NCBI GenBank assembly: GCA_973895155.1
Contig: OZ316899.1
Coordinates: forward strand, 10,629,135 to 10,693,134
Direction of reading: 5' to 3'
DNA: 64,000 nucleotides
Source: Marsupella aquatica
Lineage: Eukaryota; Plantae; Marchantiophyta
The translations under genes and the position numbers were made by a program. Below, in pieces: positions 51,301 to 63,076 of this stretch. The notes beneath the pieces are model-generated. The model was not told where the DNA came from, ran no database searches, and saw only the letters and a list, made by a program, of their open reading frames with translations. Each line of letters opens with the position of its first letter. Within the stretch, counting starts at the first letter, position 1.

Positions 51301-51846
51301 AAGGAACAAGGGCAGGTTTGACAGGACTCATCGGTTGAGGCCTGTCTTGGTTAAGGAAGGGGATTGGGTTCTGATTTACGAGAATAAGTTGGACGAGCAG
51401 CACTTGAGCCAAAACAAGTTTGCTCGGAGGTGGCAAGGTCCATATGTGGTGGTTGCTGTTCATGCAAATGCGACCTACACTATTTGAGAGTTGGATGGAA
51501 CGGTTCACCAAGTACCTTACGCAGGGAAGAGGGTGAAGATCTTTAAGAGGAGGACCGAGAAGGGAATGGACTCAAGTTCCGACTTGAGTGAATTAAAAAT
51601 GAGGTGCTGCTCCAGGCGCATCCGATGGACTTAAGTTTTGAAAGGGTCTTGACTGGTTCTGATTTGGATGAGTTTGATTTCAAGTTTCTGGAAAGTGGAG
51701 TACCTAAGGCCGATTTTGAAGGCTTTGGGTTTGAGTTTCTTGAGGAGGAAGTGGTCCAAGCGCATGGCTTGAGTTCAGACTCAGACTTAGAGGAAATCTG
51801 ATGGATTGGAGCAGACCGGAGGCTACTCAGGTTCATTGGGGGAGGA
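48356..51846 (+). mobile_element. Ty3/gypsy element 2: degenerate RT, RNase H and integrase
   Basis: LRFIQDMQP, GYDQFQL..TPLGLLRMCTLPQGATNS, RFLGACVFY, GHKG..YWWPG, DVVYMP, KFARRWQGPY. Many stops and frameshifts. PPT gggggagga at ~51838-51846. Confidence 0.9.
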
Positions 51847-52429
51847 TGTCATGCCGAAACATTTTGGCTCAGGAATGGCTTTTATAGGGACTAATGGGCG
51901 AGGCGTTCAGTTGCGTGCATGCTGACTCAGAAAGGTTGCTTGGTTGGATGGATTGAGGTTTGATGTTTGGGTGACTTGTTGTCACCAGGTTTGGTGTTTG
52001 GGTGACTCAACGGGCTTGGAGTTTGGATGAGCCTCACTGATGGTAGCTGGCTCAGGCTGGAAAGTTGGTTTGGAAGCTATTTAAGCCTTGAGCTTTGGCT
52101 CATTGGGGTTCTCTGTTGGCTATTGAGTTCTATTGTGTTCCGTTCTGTGAGTTCCGTTGCGTTCTGTGGAATTTGGCTGTTGTGCGGCAGTTTTGGTGTT
52201 TTGTGCAAGTGTTGGATCCGGTGTTGGTTCTCAAGCTTGGAGTCTTGTTGATCCAGGCCCGAGTTTCTTGTGAGCTAGGTTAGGACTAGTTGAGTGGCTA
52301 GTCAAGTTTTGGAGGTTGTGAGCTAAGGAGGAGAGTTTTTCTGACAGATTTTGAGTAGATAGCCACTCGAGGAGTTCAGCTTGACAAGTTAGAGGTAGCG
52401 ACCCGCCGTAGGGCCAGCTACTAGACTCT
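51847..52429 (+). repeat. 3' LTR (start) of gypsy element 2; right boundary uncertain
   Basis: TGTCA immediately follows the PPT. Confidence 0.55.
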
Positions 52430-53726
52430 TGCAAGTAAGCTTACTCAAGGGCACCCATTGTAACCATTGAGAGAAAAGTAAAAAAATAAAGGAGTGAGAG
52501 TTCGCTCCAAAAAGTATTTGTCGCTTGTTCCAGTCGCAGCCAGAAATGCGTAGTTTACCCGAGGAGCCCCTAACTTCTTGTCCTTGCAACAACGCCCACT
52601 GTTCATCCAGAACAGCTCCTTCCATGGGCGCGGCCCGGGTTCCCCCTTGTACCTATCCATCACCAACTGACCGCCCTGACCTCAGGACATGCTCATGGCC
52701 CAAGTAGCGTAGCTTGTCCTAAAGCTTGTCCCAACACGTCGGGACCAGAATGGCCCCGCCTCTAGCAACCAACTCCCAAATTGCCTCACTAACGGTCTAG
52801 GGACCGAGCACTCTTGGAACTCAACCTCCACGCCTACTTGGCCTTGCCTCCCCAACGCAAGCTCCCTTGGGAGATTGAACGCGGCGTGGCCGTTGTTGGG
52901 TAGGATTTGGCAAGCGGGCGAGTTAACACCCGCAAACCCCAAGAACCCATGGTGCCCCTAGACCCAGATGAGCTCAAGAGGGCATATCCCTCGATATCTT
53001 TCCAATGCACCCAAGAAGTCCTCCAACGGACTTCCTGTTGGGAAGATATCACCGTTTCCGTTTAGCGGTTTCCCTTAGTGTCACAACCGCTGCGGCTCAC
53101 GACTTTGGCTCGCCCTTAGCCCCCAGGGAGACACCACTCCTCTCATATATGCTTCTGGAGACCTGCCACCCCCGAACTAAACATTTGGCCTCCAACCCAG
53201 AACCTATCGCGCATAACGGGCGCGCCACCAACTGACAACGCCCATAACTCTCTCGTTAGGCATCCGCAAGCGGAGTGCCTTAGCCTGTTGGGCCGACCCA
53301 GTGCTCATGCCTAGGTCCTCAGGTCTCATTGTCGCTTGGGGCCCCCGATAGGCCCAACCTGGATCGGGCCATGACTTGCGCCCCAAGCGTCCGTTGCCCA
53401 TGGCGTCAACTCCATGGGCCTTGGGCCCAAGAGGAGCTCACACCCAAGCCCTCAGAACTCAAAGTCCATCCGGAGGTCCAGACGGTTGTCCTTGAGCCCG
53501 GCCCATTTCCCCTTGACCCGACCAGCTCTCAGCTAGCCCAAGTCCTTAGTGTGTGTCACCAACTTGGCTCCTTGCCTTTGCTAGCTCCACGTCTTGTCGC
53601 TCACAAGTCTCCCCATGCTAAGTCCTCCCCAGATGGCCTATCCGGGCCTGGACCATAAGGGAGCTTGGCGTCGGAGTCAGCAACGCCGGAGCTAAGTGTT
53701 AAGGTAGTTGAGTTCTGCGACTTGCA
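52430..53726 (-). repeat. Chromovirus 3' LTR (left end 52430 or 52459)
   Basis: Begins TG after the minus-strand PPT ttaaggggggg. TGCAAGT...ACTTGCA inverted ends. Confidence 0.55.
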
Positions 53727-56700
53727 CCCCCCCTTAAAAATGGTCAGGTCTAGGTGACCTCAGTAAATGTTCCAACACACCTAGACCACTGTGGGCCTTA
53801 AAAATTTTATGAGGTAACAAATGGTTTGCCCATAAGGCTGATGCAAACCAGGTTGGTATGCGCATTCCAGACTTAGGAAATTCCAACCTATCCCACTTAT
53901 CCAAGTAGGATGCCAGTCCAATCGGGTAAGCTAACTCCAAACTTGTCGAATCCATTGTTCTCCCCTTGGGGTACTCCCCTTTGGTTCGAACCCGGCTGCC
54001 CACAGATGTAAGGCGGGCACCATCTACTTCCACTCGCAAAAAACAAATAGGCCGTCCAATAACCTGTAGCACCAACGCAATCCAACTTTATCCTTAAGAG
54101 GCCGAGAGGAGTGAAACTAGGATACAACTCACAAAGGTAGCTACAGCTGCCTGTACTAGTTCACAACCGCGGTAGGCCGCTTCGCTTACAATAGCTTCCA
54201 AGGATCTCTGAGGCATTACTCAAATTTTCTTCCGGTTCTTCTCGGCCTGATCATAGCCACCCCACTTCACCAAATACTCTAAGATTTGCCTTCCCAACTT
54301 GCATTTGTAACGGTGGTGTAGAATTGCCTCCACCTCAAACTCCTCAGCGTCCTCCACCAGCATGGCGTCCAGACGCAAGACCTGATCGCGATTGGGATCA
54401 TTGTCTTTGACAAACTTCTTGAGCTGGCTAACATGGTAGCTTTTGCCCACGCCCATTTCCTTGGGTGTCTCCAACACCACCGAAACCGGATTATCCTTGT
54501 GGGCCCATCGTATGGTACGATAGGGCCCCGCATATCTGGGAGCCAGCTTCCTACTTATGTTCCTATGGTATTGCTCAGGTCTCAACTGCAACCAGACGCT
54601 CTCCCAAATTTCAAAGCTTACCTGGCGTCGATGTTTATCCCCTTGCTCCTTGTACCAACTTTAGGCAAGGGTCATACCCTTGGTAGCCGCTTCCACAACT
54701 AGGCGCCGCTCTTGAATAAAATTGTCTGCTGAAGGAACCTTGCTTTCCGTCCGCCAAGCTTCCGGATTTATAAACCAGGAGGGCGCCCTTGGCGTCCTCC
54801 CTGTGGCCAACACAAATGGCGCAAACCTTGTGGCCGAATGCTTGGTCGAGTTATACCTAAACTTGGCCATTGTTAAGTGCTTTGCCCAATCCTTTTGATT
54901 GGCCGTCACAAAGTGACGCAAGTAGTCCTCCATGATACCATTCACCCGTTCTGTTTGGCCATCGGTCTCATGATGATACGCTGATCCCCTTGTCAGGTCC
55001 GTTCCGGATAACTGGAACAACGCCTTCCAGAAATGGCCCGTGAACTTGGTATTGCGATTGGACAGGATATGAAATGACAATCCCCATTTTCGGAAGACAT
55101 TGTCAAACACTAGACCAACAACCTCTCCGGCCGAAACCATTTTTGTAATAGGCAAGAAATACGCCATCTTGGAAAAATGATCCACGATTGTTAAGATGGA
55201 GTTATTGCCGTGGGACTCAGGTAATCCAACAATGAAGTCCATGTAGATAGACTCCCATGGAGCCGCGACCACTGGTAACGGTTGCAGAAGTCCTCCTTTT
55301 GCCCTATAGACCGTTTGGTTCTTTTGGCACGAGTAACAACTTTGCATGTGGCAAAGGACCGATTGCTTCATGTCCAGCCAATATACATCTTGCGACATGC
55401 TGCGATACGTAGCGGCTTGTCCTCCATGCCCTCCCCAGGGCGAGTCATGGTACTTTTGCAGAACCTCTAACCTTAGAGACTCTGGTATGTACACACGCCT
55501 CTGCTTGTATTGCCATAGCTGAACATTATGCGTTGTATCCAAACCCAATGACACATGCCTTACCTTGCCTTGGCTACCCCCATTGCTTTGCCATCCTTAG
55601 CTAACCTGTCATCCCCGTACGCCGCGGCCAGAACCTTTGGCCACTCGGATTCAAGCATTGTGATCCCATTGACATGATGATGGTCCTTACGTGATAACGT
55701 GTCAGCTGCCGTGTTTGTCTTCCCAGGGACGTGATGGACTTCAAAATGAAAATCCGCCAAGAACATCTGCCACCGCATTTCCTTGGGGTTGAGCCTTGGC
55801 TTCGAACTGAAGTACCCGACCGACGAGCTATCTGTGTGGATTACCACTTTGGGACCGTTCTTAAGGTAAATCTCCCACTTCTTCGATGCATAGATCACAA
55901 CATACATTTCCCTTTCCAGTGTGATCCAATGATTTTCCAACTTACATGACTCAAAGGCCACAGGACGCCCATCTTGGTGAATCACTTGCATCTGTCCAAA
56001 TCTCAAACGGCTTCCCCATGTCAAGTAACTTTAGAACTGGCGGTGTTATCATTAACCACTTAAGTTCTAGGAATGCTAACTCGCAATCTTGTGTCCACAC
56101 AAACACTTTGTTTTTCAATGTTAGCGCGTTTAGGGGCCTCGCGATCCTCGCATAGTCTTTCATGTATCTCCAATAGAACCCCGTAAATCCTAAGAAGGCT
56201 CTGACCTGCCTTACGTTGGACGGGCGCTCCCATTCTTTGATCTCCTTAAGCTTGTCCTGACTAGGCGTAATCCCTTTCGGGGTAAAGGTATGGCCGAGGA
56301 ACTGAATCTCGTTCATCGCAAACTCGCACTTGCTAGGTTTAGCAAAGAGACGAGCCTTACGAAGTCGAGATAACACTTCTCTGAGCAACTGCTCATGTTC
56401 CTCCAATGTTTTTGAGTAGATTAGGATGTTGTCAATAAAGACGACCACCCCTTGGTCCAACAAGTCATGAAAGATGGTATTCATCAGTTTCATGAACGTT
56501 GCGGTTGCATTACACAACCCGAATGGTATAACCAAAAACTCATAGGATCCAAACCTTGTGCGCATCGCGGTCTTATACTCATCTCCCGTAGCCATGCGGA
56601 TCTGGTAATACCCAGACTGCAAGTCCACCTTCGAAACATTCCTAGCCCCGGAGAGGCAATCAAAGAGGTCATCCATATGAGGTAACATGTATTTGTTCTT

Positions 56701-58420
56701 TACCGTTTGCTTATTGAGGGCCCGATAATCTGCGCACAATCTCAAAGTACCATCCTTTTTGGACACAAACAGCGCGGGCGCCCCATAAGGACTCTTACTA
56801 GGACGAATGAACCCTTGATCGATCAACTCTTTCAAGGCGTTCTTCAACATCATTCGTTCATTCAGGTTCAAACGATAAGGAGCTTTAGCCTGAGGAGCCA
56901 AACCTGGCTCCAGCTCAACTTGGTGATCCACTTCTCTCCGTGGGGGTAAACCTTTAGGTAGCTTCTGCGAGAGCACGTCATTGAATTCCTCTAAAATTCA
57001 GGAATTTGACCGTAGTTGGGCCCGACCTTAGCTAACTTAACCTTTGACTGCAAAGCAGCCTCCTTAACTGGGTGGAGATGAAAGAAGAAACATTCATGTC
57101 CACCCTTGAAGTCTTTCCACCATTGCTTTGCCGATACACACGGAGACAACCATGACACTTTACTTAATTTGAGAAATCTTTATTTATTTTTGGTAACTTT
57201 GTGTACAACGATGGGCTCACCATCCTTATTGGGAAAATGGAGCACTTCACCCCCCGGTTTTAAGGTAACATTGTGCTTTCTGAGATAACCTACCAACAAA
57301 ATGAAGTCTACGGCTAGACCGTCTAGAACATAGAACATCTCCTGACTAACAAAATTTTGTTGTTCGCCTATGACCTCTACTCGAAGTCTATGTACTACTC
57401 TCGATACTACCCCATTTGTGTTGTTGGCAAACTTGCACACTAACGGTTGTAGCAACTCTTGCACGTCCACCCCAAGACGTGTCGCCGCCTGCCCACTTAT
57501 GAAGTAGGCGGTCATGCCTGTATCGACCAAAGCAACACCCAGATTACCGTTAGAAGTGACATTCACAAAAATCAGTTTTTCAGGATCCATTGTCTTAACT
57601 TTAGGTATCTTCTCTCGCAACAACACCTTTTCTCCAGTAGGAACATCCCCTACAGGGACCTTGTCAGCTACTAAGGGTTTGGTTAGAGTGATACTTACCT
57701 TAATGCTCTTCTGCCTTCCATCTCTGCTTGGCTTGCCACCTTTTGTGGAACAATCCTTACTTTGATGGCCCATGGCACCACACGTGAAGCACGAACCTTC
57801 CGCCCTCCTCTGCTCCATGAGTGCTTGCTTCTTTGCTTTCTGCGCCAAAGAGGTTCCTTTCTTGAAGTTGCCGGCTTTCCGGTTTTGCTTAGCTTCTCCA
57901 TTCTGGGGCTGGGGGTCCAAACCACCGGCCCCCGCCCCCTCGAGTTGCTTACGCTTATTGCCGGGACCTTTTGCTTTCCCAGCTTCCCCCTCGGATCCCT
58001 TGCCACCCACCTTTGCCAAGCCCGGTCGGTTATTCACCAACGTAGTGGCCTTGTCGAAGGCATCAAAAAGCGTTTTGAACTCGTGATGCTTTTCCTGTAA
58101 CTTTTCCTGTAACTTTTCCCTGAGCAATGGCGGGAGCTTCACTATGTTCAACTTGTGGTGCGTCCCATGGCTCCCTAAACCCAAGAAACCCCCCAGCTCA
58201 AGCCGATTCCCGCAGGTTTCGCGCTTGGCGAGGCCGTTTCCGCGGCTTAGCGGCATGGGACGCTGCTAACCTTCTACTACTACTATTAACATTTTACACA
58301 CATATACTGGACAGATCCTTCATCGGGTCATGAGATACGTAGCCGGCCTAATCTAGGCCTTCCCTCGTCTTCCCCTCCGTCTTATTAGGTATGTTTGGAT
58401 TCCGCCGCCGGAATGATCCT

Positions 58421-58709
58421 CATCTCCTCTCCCATGAAATGCCTTGTAATGTATGCACGACCGTTGGCTCAGTCTGGTCCCTGGCCTCTCGTCTGGCCGT
58501 GCCTCTGGTTCCCCCATGTCGGTAGGAGACTCACTTCTCCTTACCGACTCTTCTTCTGGTATGTCTTCTTCGACGCCACTTCCAGTTTTGGAGCTACCAG
58601 CTCTTTTTGCCCCTCTCAGTTGCTGTGTATCATGCCACCCGGCGAGCTGCTGCAGTCGAGCTCGCTCCCGTTGAATCACTCTTTCTTCCCTCGGCGTAAG
58701 GTCAGTCAT
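58421..58709 (-). pseudogene. Truncated gag N-terminus
   Basis: ATG ~50 nt after the PBS. Ends YKAFHGRGDED at the deletion junction. Confidence 0.65.
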
Positions 58710-58757
58710 TACCTACGCTTCCTTTCTAACTTCATATCTCACGGCTTAAGAAATGCC

Positions 58758-58774
58758 CCCTCCATCTAGCGCCA
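58758..58774 (-). promoter_or_regulatory. Primer-binding site complementary to the tRNA-Asn 3' end
   Basis: TGGCGCTAGATGGAGGG lies 4 nt after the LTR-terminal CA. As recalled, plant tRNA-Asn ends CCCTCCTTCTAGCGCCA (1 mismatch). Confidence 0.75.
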
Positions 58775-59695
58775 AAAATGTGGTGCGTCCCATGGCTCCC
58801 TAAACCCAAGAAACCCCCCAACTCAAGCCGATTCCCGCAGGTTTCGCGCTTGGCGAGGCCGTTTCCGCGGCTTAGCGGCATGGGACACTGCTAACCTTCT
58901 ACTACTACTATTAACATTTTACACACATATACTGGACAGATCCTTCATTGGGTCATGAGATACGTAGCCGGCCTAATCTAGGCCTTCCCTCGTCTTCCCC
59001 TCCGTCTTGTTAGGTATGTTTGGATTCCGCCGCCGGAATGATCCCCAATAGGCTTGGTTAAGCCGCTAAGACCTCTCTCAGCTCGACACATCCAACTCTC
59101 ACTCCCCTGCTTACTTTCCTTCCTTCTGTTGGTTGATGTGGGCACACTTCACACAAGTTAATGCGACACACAAATAGCAAAATGACTCCTTCTGACTGAG
59201 TCATACCATGCACTTGCCATACAAACAGTACATCTCATACACAAGCTCTGCGAACTAAGCCGTGAGGCCAACTCTATTCAGCTCTTAGGCATGAGGAAAC
59301 ATGAATATACACAAGGGTCACTGTATGACTAACCGAGAGCTTCCCTTACTACTTGATCCCAGCCCGGCTGGTGCAAACTAAAAACTTGCTAAAGAAGAGG
59401 CCCTGAGCTCCCCGCTGCCCAGGTACTTATCCTGGTAGTGGATCCGCCTAATTCTTTGCAGCGTAAGCCTAATCTACCTAACAGTAATCTACTTGCCCGG
59501 ATCTACCTATGTACAGCAAGGCAGGAGCACAAGTGTTGCTCCTACCAGTGGAACCGCAATCCCACTAAGCTAAGTGTCAGGGCCGCTCCTGGTCCTGATC
59601 CTAATCCTAAACTTGGAGATCAGCGCCCGCCCTGCCCACTCACGCCTCCTCCCTCCACGTCCGCCCTTCCTAAAAGGAACGGTGCCCTTGCACCG

Positions 59696-62600
59696 TCACG
59701 ACACCGGTGGTGGATCCTCAATGGACGCCCCCAACGCTTCCTCCTCAGCCACTGCCGTAGGTCCGTTTTCTGACAGATTACCTGCCCTTGACTGAGTCAA
59801 CTCTCTATCGGCCTGACTGGGTCCACCATCGGCGTCGGCATCGGCTCGGGAGTCATTCTCGGCTACGGCCTCAGCCTCGGCTATGGTCTCACCGGCCTGC
59901 TCAAGAGGCGGATCTGGGATACCGGCCTCATTACTGAGTAGTTCGGCTTGGGCCGCACCATCCCCACCCTTGATGATAGCGGAATCTATTGCCGTATTCA
60001 TGCCGGAGGATGGTGCTGGGTCTACCTCCTTGGTCACCACGGCCTGTGGGGTCGGATTACTCCTTGACCCTGAAGGTTTCCGCTTCTTCTTCCTTTCTGG
60101 TTCGGCAGCTGGTCCTTTCCCCTTCCCACTTACTTCCGGCACTGGTGCAGGTGGCGCGGCTTTTTCTTCGGCCAGTACCACTCCTGGTAACTTGGTTGCC
60201 CCAATTGGAGTTGGGCCTGATGAAGACAAGCACTTAAATACTGCGGCTTGTTTCTTCAGCCGCTCCGTTTGGTTGTCGGCCCGCCGTTGGAGGTTCTCCA
60301 TCTTCCTCGTGATTTCCTCCAACTCCTCCTGGGTCTCATCCAGGTCCTTGCGCGCCTCCTCTAGTTCCTTCTGGGCTTCCTCCCGTTCTTGTTTCAAGGT
60401 AGTCCTCTCCTCCCGGGTTGCTCTTAGCTCCTTGTCGAGCTCTGCAATGATGACAGACTCCATCTGGTTCATCTTGGCGTAAGTCTGATCGAGCATCTCG
60501 TCCTTCTCCCTTAGGTCGGCCTTGAAGCTGGCCATCAGGGACGCAAGCTCCTGCTGCAGCGCCATAATCCCTTGATAGGATTTCCCTAACTCGGCCTCCT
60601 TCTGCTCAAGGGCTCCGCGGATTTTCTCGAGCTCCTCCTTCAACGCCCATTCCTTTCTTTGGGTCTCCGCCATGGCCCGGCTGTTGGCTGTTATGTGGGC
60701 CTCCTCTATATTCTTCAGCTCTCGCTTCCACTTCTCCCTCTCTTTGATCGTATCGGCCAACTCTCCCTGCGTCTGAGTCAGTTTATCCTTGATATTCCGA
60801 TTATCAGCCTGTGCGGTGTCCAACTGCCCCTGCATGATGTTCAGCTCATGCCGTTTAATCCGCAGTTCATCTTGGGCTTTCTTGGCCGCCCTTAGGTCTT
60901 CAATCTCGGCTTCCATTTTCCTAAGCCGCCAAATGACCTCGTCCTTCTTGCTTCTCTCTAAAGCCACCGCTTCTTCTAATTGGTGCTTCTCCAACTGCTC
61001 CCTATGGAAAAAGGGTCCTACCTCCAACTCCTCTCCAAAGATGCCGAGTGCAAGTTCCCCACACATCTCACCATACTCCATGGCTCTATTCTTAGCGTAG
61101 GTGGAGTAAGTAGGAGTGATCGGCATCGCCCATCGCGGCCTCTGCTCCCAAGCCGTCTTGCGGATCTCTTCAATCGTGGCTAGAGGTTTGCTTCCTTTTT
61201 CGGCTAGCCGCCTGATGTCCTCCGGCCAATCTCCTCCTGGTAAATCCTTTTCCCTAGCCAGGGCTGCCTCCTCTTCCTGCCTGATTCGCTCCTGAAATTC
61301 TTGCGCCGTCTGTTTTATGCCGTCAAAGCTCGGGGGAGCAACATCTGGTGGGGGAGACTCAGGGCTACTCTGCTGGTTGGGGTCCCCTCGTACTACCCTT
61401 GGAAGCGTGGGGACCAACCGGCCACAGGTCCTTACTCCTGGAACGTGATGGTCCGACCCATAGCCGGAATTATCATGGCTGCAGTCCTCCATTGCCTCCT
61501 GTACTTCTTGGACGTCCGGCTTCTCCCTCTCCTCTTCGTCGGTAGGAGCTTCAGGAAATTCCGCCTCAGATTCAGAGCTTGAGACTCCCACATACATTCG
61601 AACACCTAGCTTGGATTCCGGCCTGATTCTCTCCTTGTCTCCAGCAAAGGGGTTTTCTCTTGTGAGCCGGTGTAGGCCTACCTCTGGAGTAGTGTCCTGC
61701 ATTGTTGCCGTTGCCGTTGTCGTTGCCGATGCCGATCTCTTTTCTTTCTCCAGTAGTTTCAGCAGACTCTGCATGCCTGGTTGCTGCATTGGCAAGTCCT
61801 CCGTCCTTGGCCTAAACACCTGCTCGATCGTAGGGCTAACAGGTGGTTGAGGCTTCTCTGCTAACGGCCTCGGCGTTGGAGCTTCCTCGGGTGCCCTTAC
61901 CTGCAGGGGAAGTACTGGGGCAAAAGTCTGACCTCTGGCATACCGGCACAACAGCGGCATGTGATAGCCAAGCCGCGACACGCTCCCCATGCCGATTACC
62001 TGCTGCTCCTCCTTTAAGATCTTCTTCAATTGGTTGAGGAGGTACCTGTTGTAGTCCCGGCTTGGGTCTGGCCTCTCTGCCAGATAGACCTGTGCTTTGC
62101 CGATCTCTGCCCTCGGCAAGTTACAATGCATGGTCACCCGCAAGAAGTCGATCATCTCTCCTATGTGCAGGTTGGTGCAGGTGTTCCGGAAGAAGCCATT
62201 CTTCGTTGATGGCCCGGGGAACGACCGGAACTCCTTGTCAGGCAAGGTCTTCCTGGTATCAACTTTGGTCTTATTGCCTATCGGCAAGCCAAACACTTCG
62301 GCAATCACTTTGGGAGTAAGATAGAAATCCTTCCCATATATCCTCATGCAATTGGTCTCGGGTTCCCATGACCCCACGAATTCTAATAGGTCTGACTCCG
62401 GTACCTCCGACTTCAGCCATGGTAATCTTACAAAGGCCTCTAAGCTGGATCCGACCATGAAGCCTTGGTACTTCTTGGTCTGCATGGCCGTAAAGCATGC
62501 ATCCTCCTCCCGTGCAAAATGTAGTTGCACCTCCACCGGTAGGGTTGCCGCCCAGCCCTTCCAGGTGTCATCCCTGGTTGGAATGGCCTTGATGGGATCG

Positions 62601-63076
62601 ACCTCCTCCTCTTTGGCTTCTCCCTGCCTCCTGCTCTGCTGCTCGGCTGGCTTCTTTGGTGCCGCCGACCTCGTTCTTTTTGCCGGGGTGGCTTCATCGT
62701 TGACGGCTCCCTTCCTCTTCATCTCTGCTGCCGTGGAGGTTTCTCCTAGTACCGTTGCTTGGGTCCACCTTTCCGTGCTACCCTTTAATTCCCAGTGTAT
62801 GTCGTTGCAGTTCTTGATGGCCTCTCGGATGCCGACGACGCTGTCTTTGCAAAACAGAAGATTGTCGAGTTGATTGGAAGTAGGAGTCCACAAGAACTCG
62901 TCCTTGATGAGTTCGCCTCCTAAGAAAGCCGTCTTCTGCAGCTCCCACAATCGAGCGAGCTCCTGCCGTTCTCGAGCTGCCCTTTCTGATTCCTCGTCCT
63001 CGTAAGTCTTGATGTACTCAGTTGCCCGTTCGAACAGGCATCCCCAGAAATGTGCCGCTTGATTGACGTTGCTCAT
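59696..63076 (-). CDS. 1126-aa accessory protein inside the LTR (plant-transposon/Transposase_32-like domain, long coiled coil, basic NLS-like motif)
   Basis: Uninterrupted ORF. LEAFVRLPW..LLEFVGSWE..RIYGKDFYLTPKVIAEVFGLP core, ~250-aa heptad region, ERKKKRK. Confidence 0.85.
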   Translation of the reverse strand: MSNVNQAAHFWGCLFERATEYIKTYEDEESERAARERQELARLWELQKTAFLGGELIKDEFLWTPTSNQLDNLLFCKDSVVGIREAIKNCNDIHWELKGSTERWTQATVLGETSTAAEMKRKGAVNDEATPAKRTRSAAPKKPAEQQSRRQGEAKEEEVDPIKAIPTRDDTWKGWAATLPVEVQLHFAREEDACFTAMQTKKYQGFMVGSSLEAFVRLPWLKSEVPESDLLEFVGSWEPETNCMRIYGKDFYLTPKVIAEVFGLPIGNKTKVDTRKTLPDKEFRSFPGPSTKNGFFRNTCTNLHIGEMIDFLRVTMHCNLPRAEIGKAQVYLAERPDPSRDYNRYLLNQLKKILKEEQQVIGMGSVSRLGYHMPLLCRYARGQTFAPVLPLQVRAPEEAPTPRPLAEKPQPPVSPTIEQVFRPRTEDLPMQQPGMQSLLKLLEKEKRSASATTTATATMQDTTPEVGLHRLTRENPFAGDKERIRPESKLGVRMYVGVSSSESEAEFPEAPTDEEEREKPDVQEVQEAMEDCSHDNSGYGSDHHVPGVRTCGRLVPTLPRVVRGDPNQQSSPESPPPDVAPPSFDGIKQTAQEFQERIRQEEEAALAREKDLPGGDWPEDIRRLAEKGSKPLATIEEIRKTAWEQRPRWAMPITPTYSTYAKNRAMEYGEMCGELALGIFGEELEVGPFFHREQLEKHQLEEAVALERSKKDEVIWRLRKMEAEIEDLRAAKKAQDELRIKRHELNIMQGQLDTAQADNRNIKDKLTQTQGELADTIKEREKWKRELKNIEEAHITANSRAMAETQRKEWALKEELEKIRGALEQKEAELGKSYQGIMALQQELASLMASFKADLREKDEMLDQTYAKMNQMESVIIAELDKELRATREERTTLKQEREEAQKELEEARKDLDETQEELEEITRKMENLQRRADNQTERLKKQAAVFKCLSSSGPTPIGATKLPGVVLAEEKAAPPAPVPEVSGKGKGPAAEPERKKKRKPSGSRSNPTPQAVVTKEVDPAPSSGMNTAIDSAIIKGGDGAAQAELLSNEAGIPDPPLEQAGETIAEAEAVAENDSRADADADGGPSQADRELTQSRAGNLSENGPTAVAEEEALGASIEDPPPVS

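Noticed and set aside
57180-58256. 358-aa ORF with a novel N-terminus
   Set aside because: Chimeric: the first ~34 codons come from the inserted LTR end and the rest is chromovirus gag/PR.
58758-58774. tRNA gene
   Set aside because: Only a 17-nt 3'-end match next to an LTR, i.e. a PBS.
59696-63076. Envelope-like gene
   Set aside because: No signal peptide or transmembrane segment is visible; the protein is charged, coiled-coil and has an NLS-like motif.
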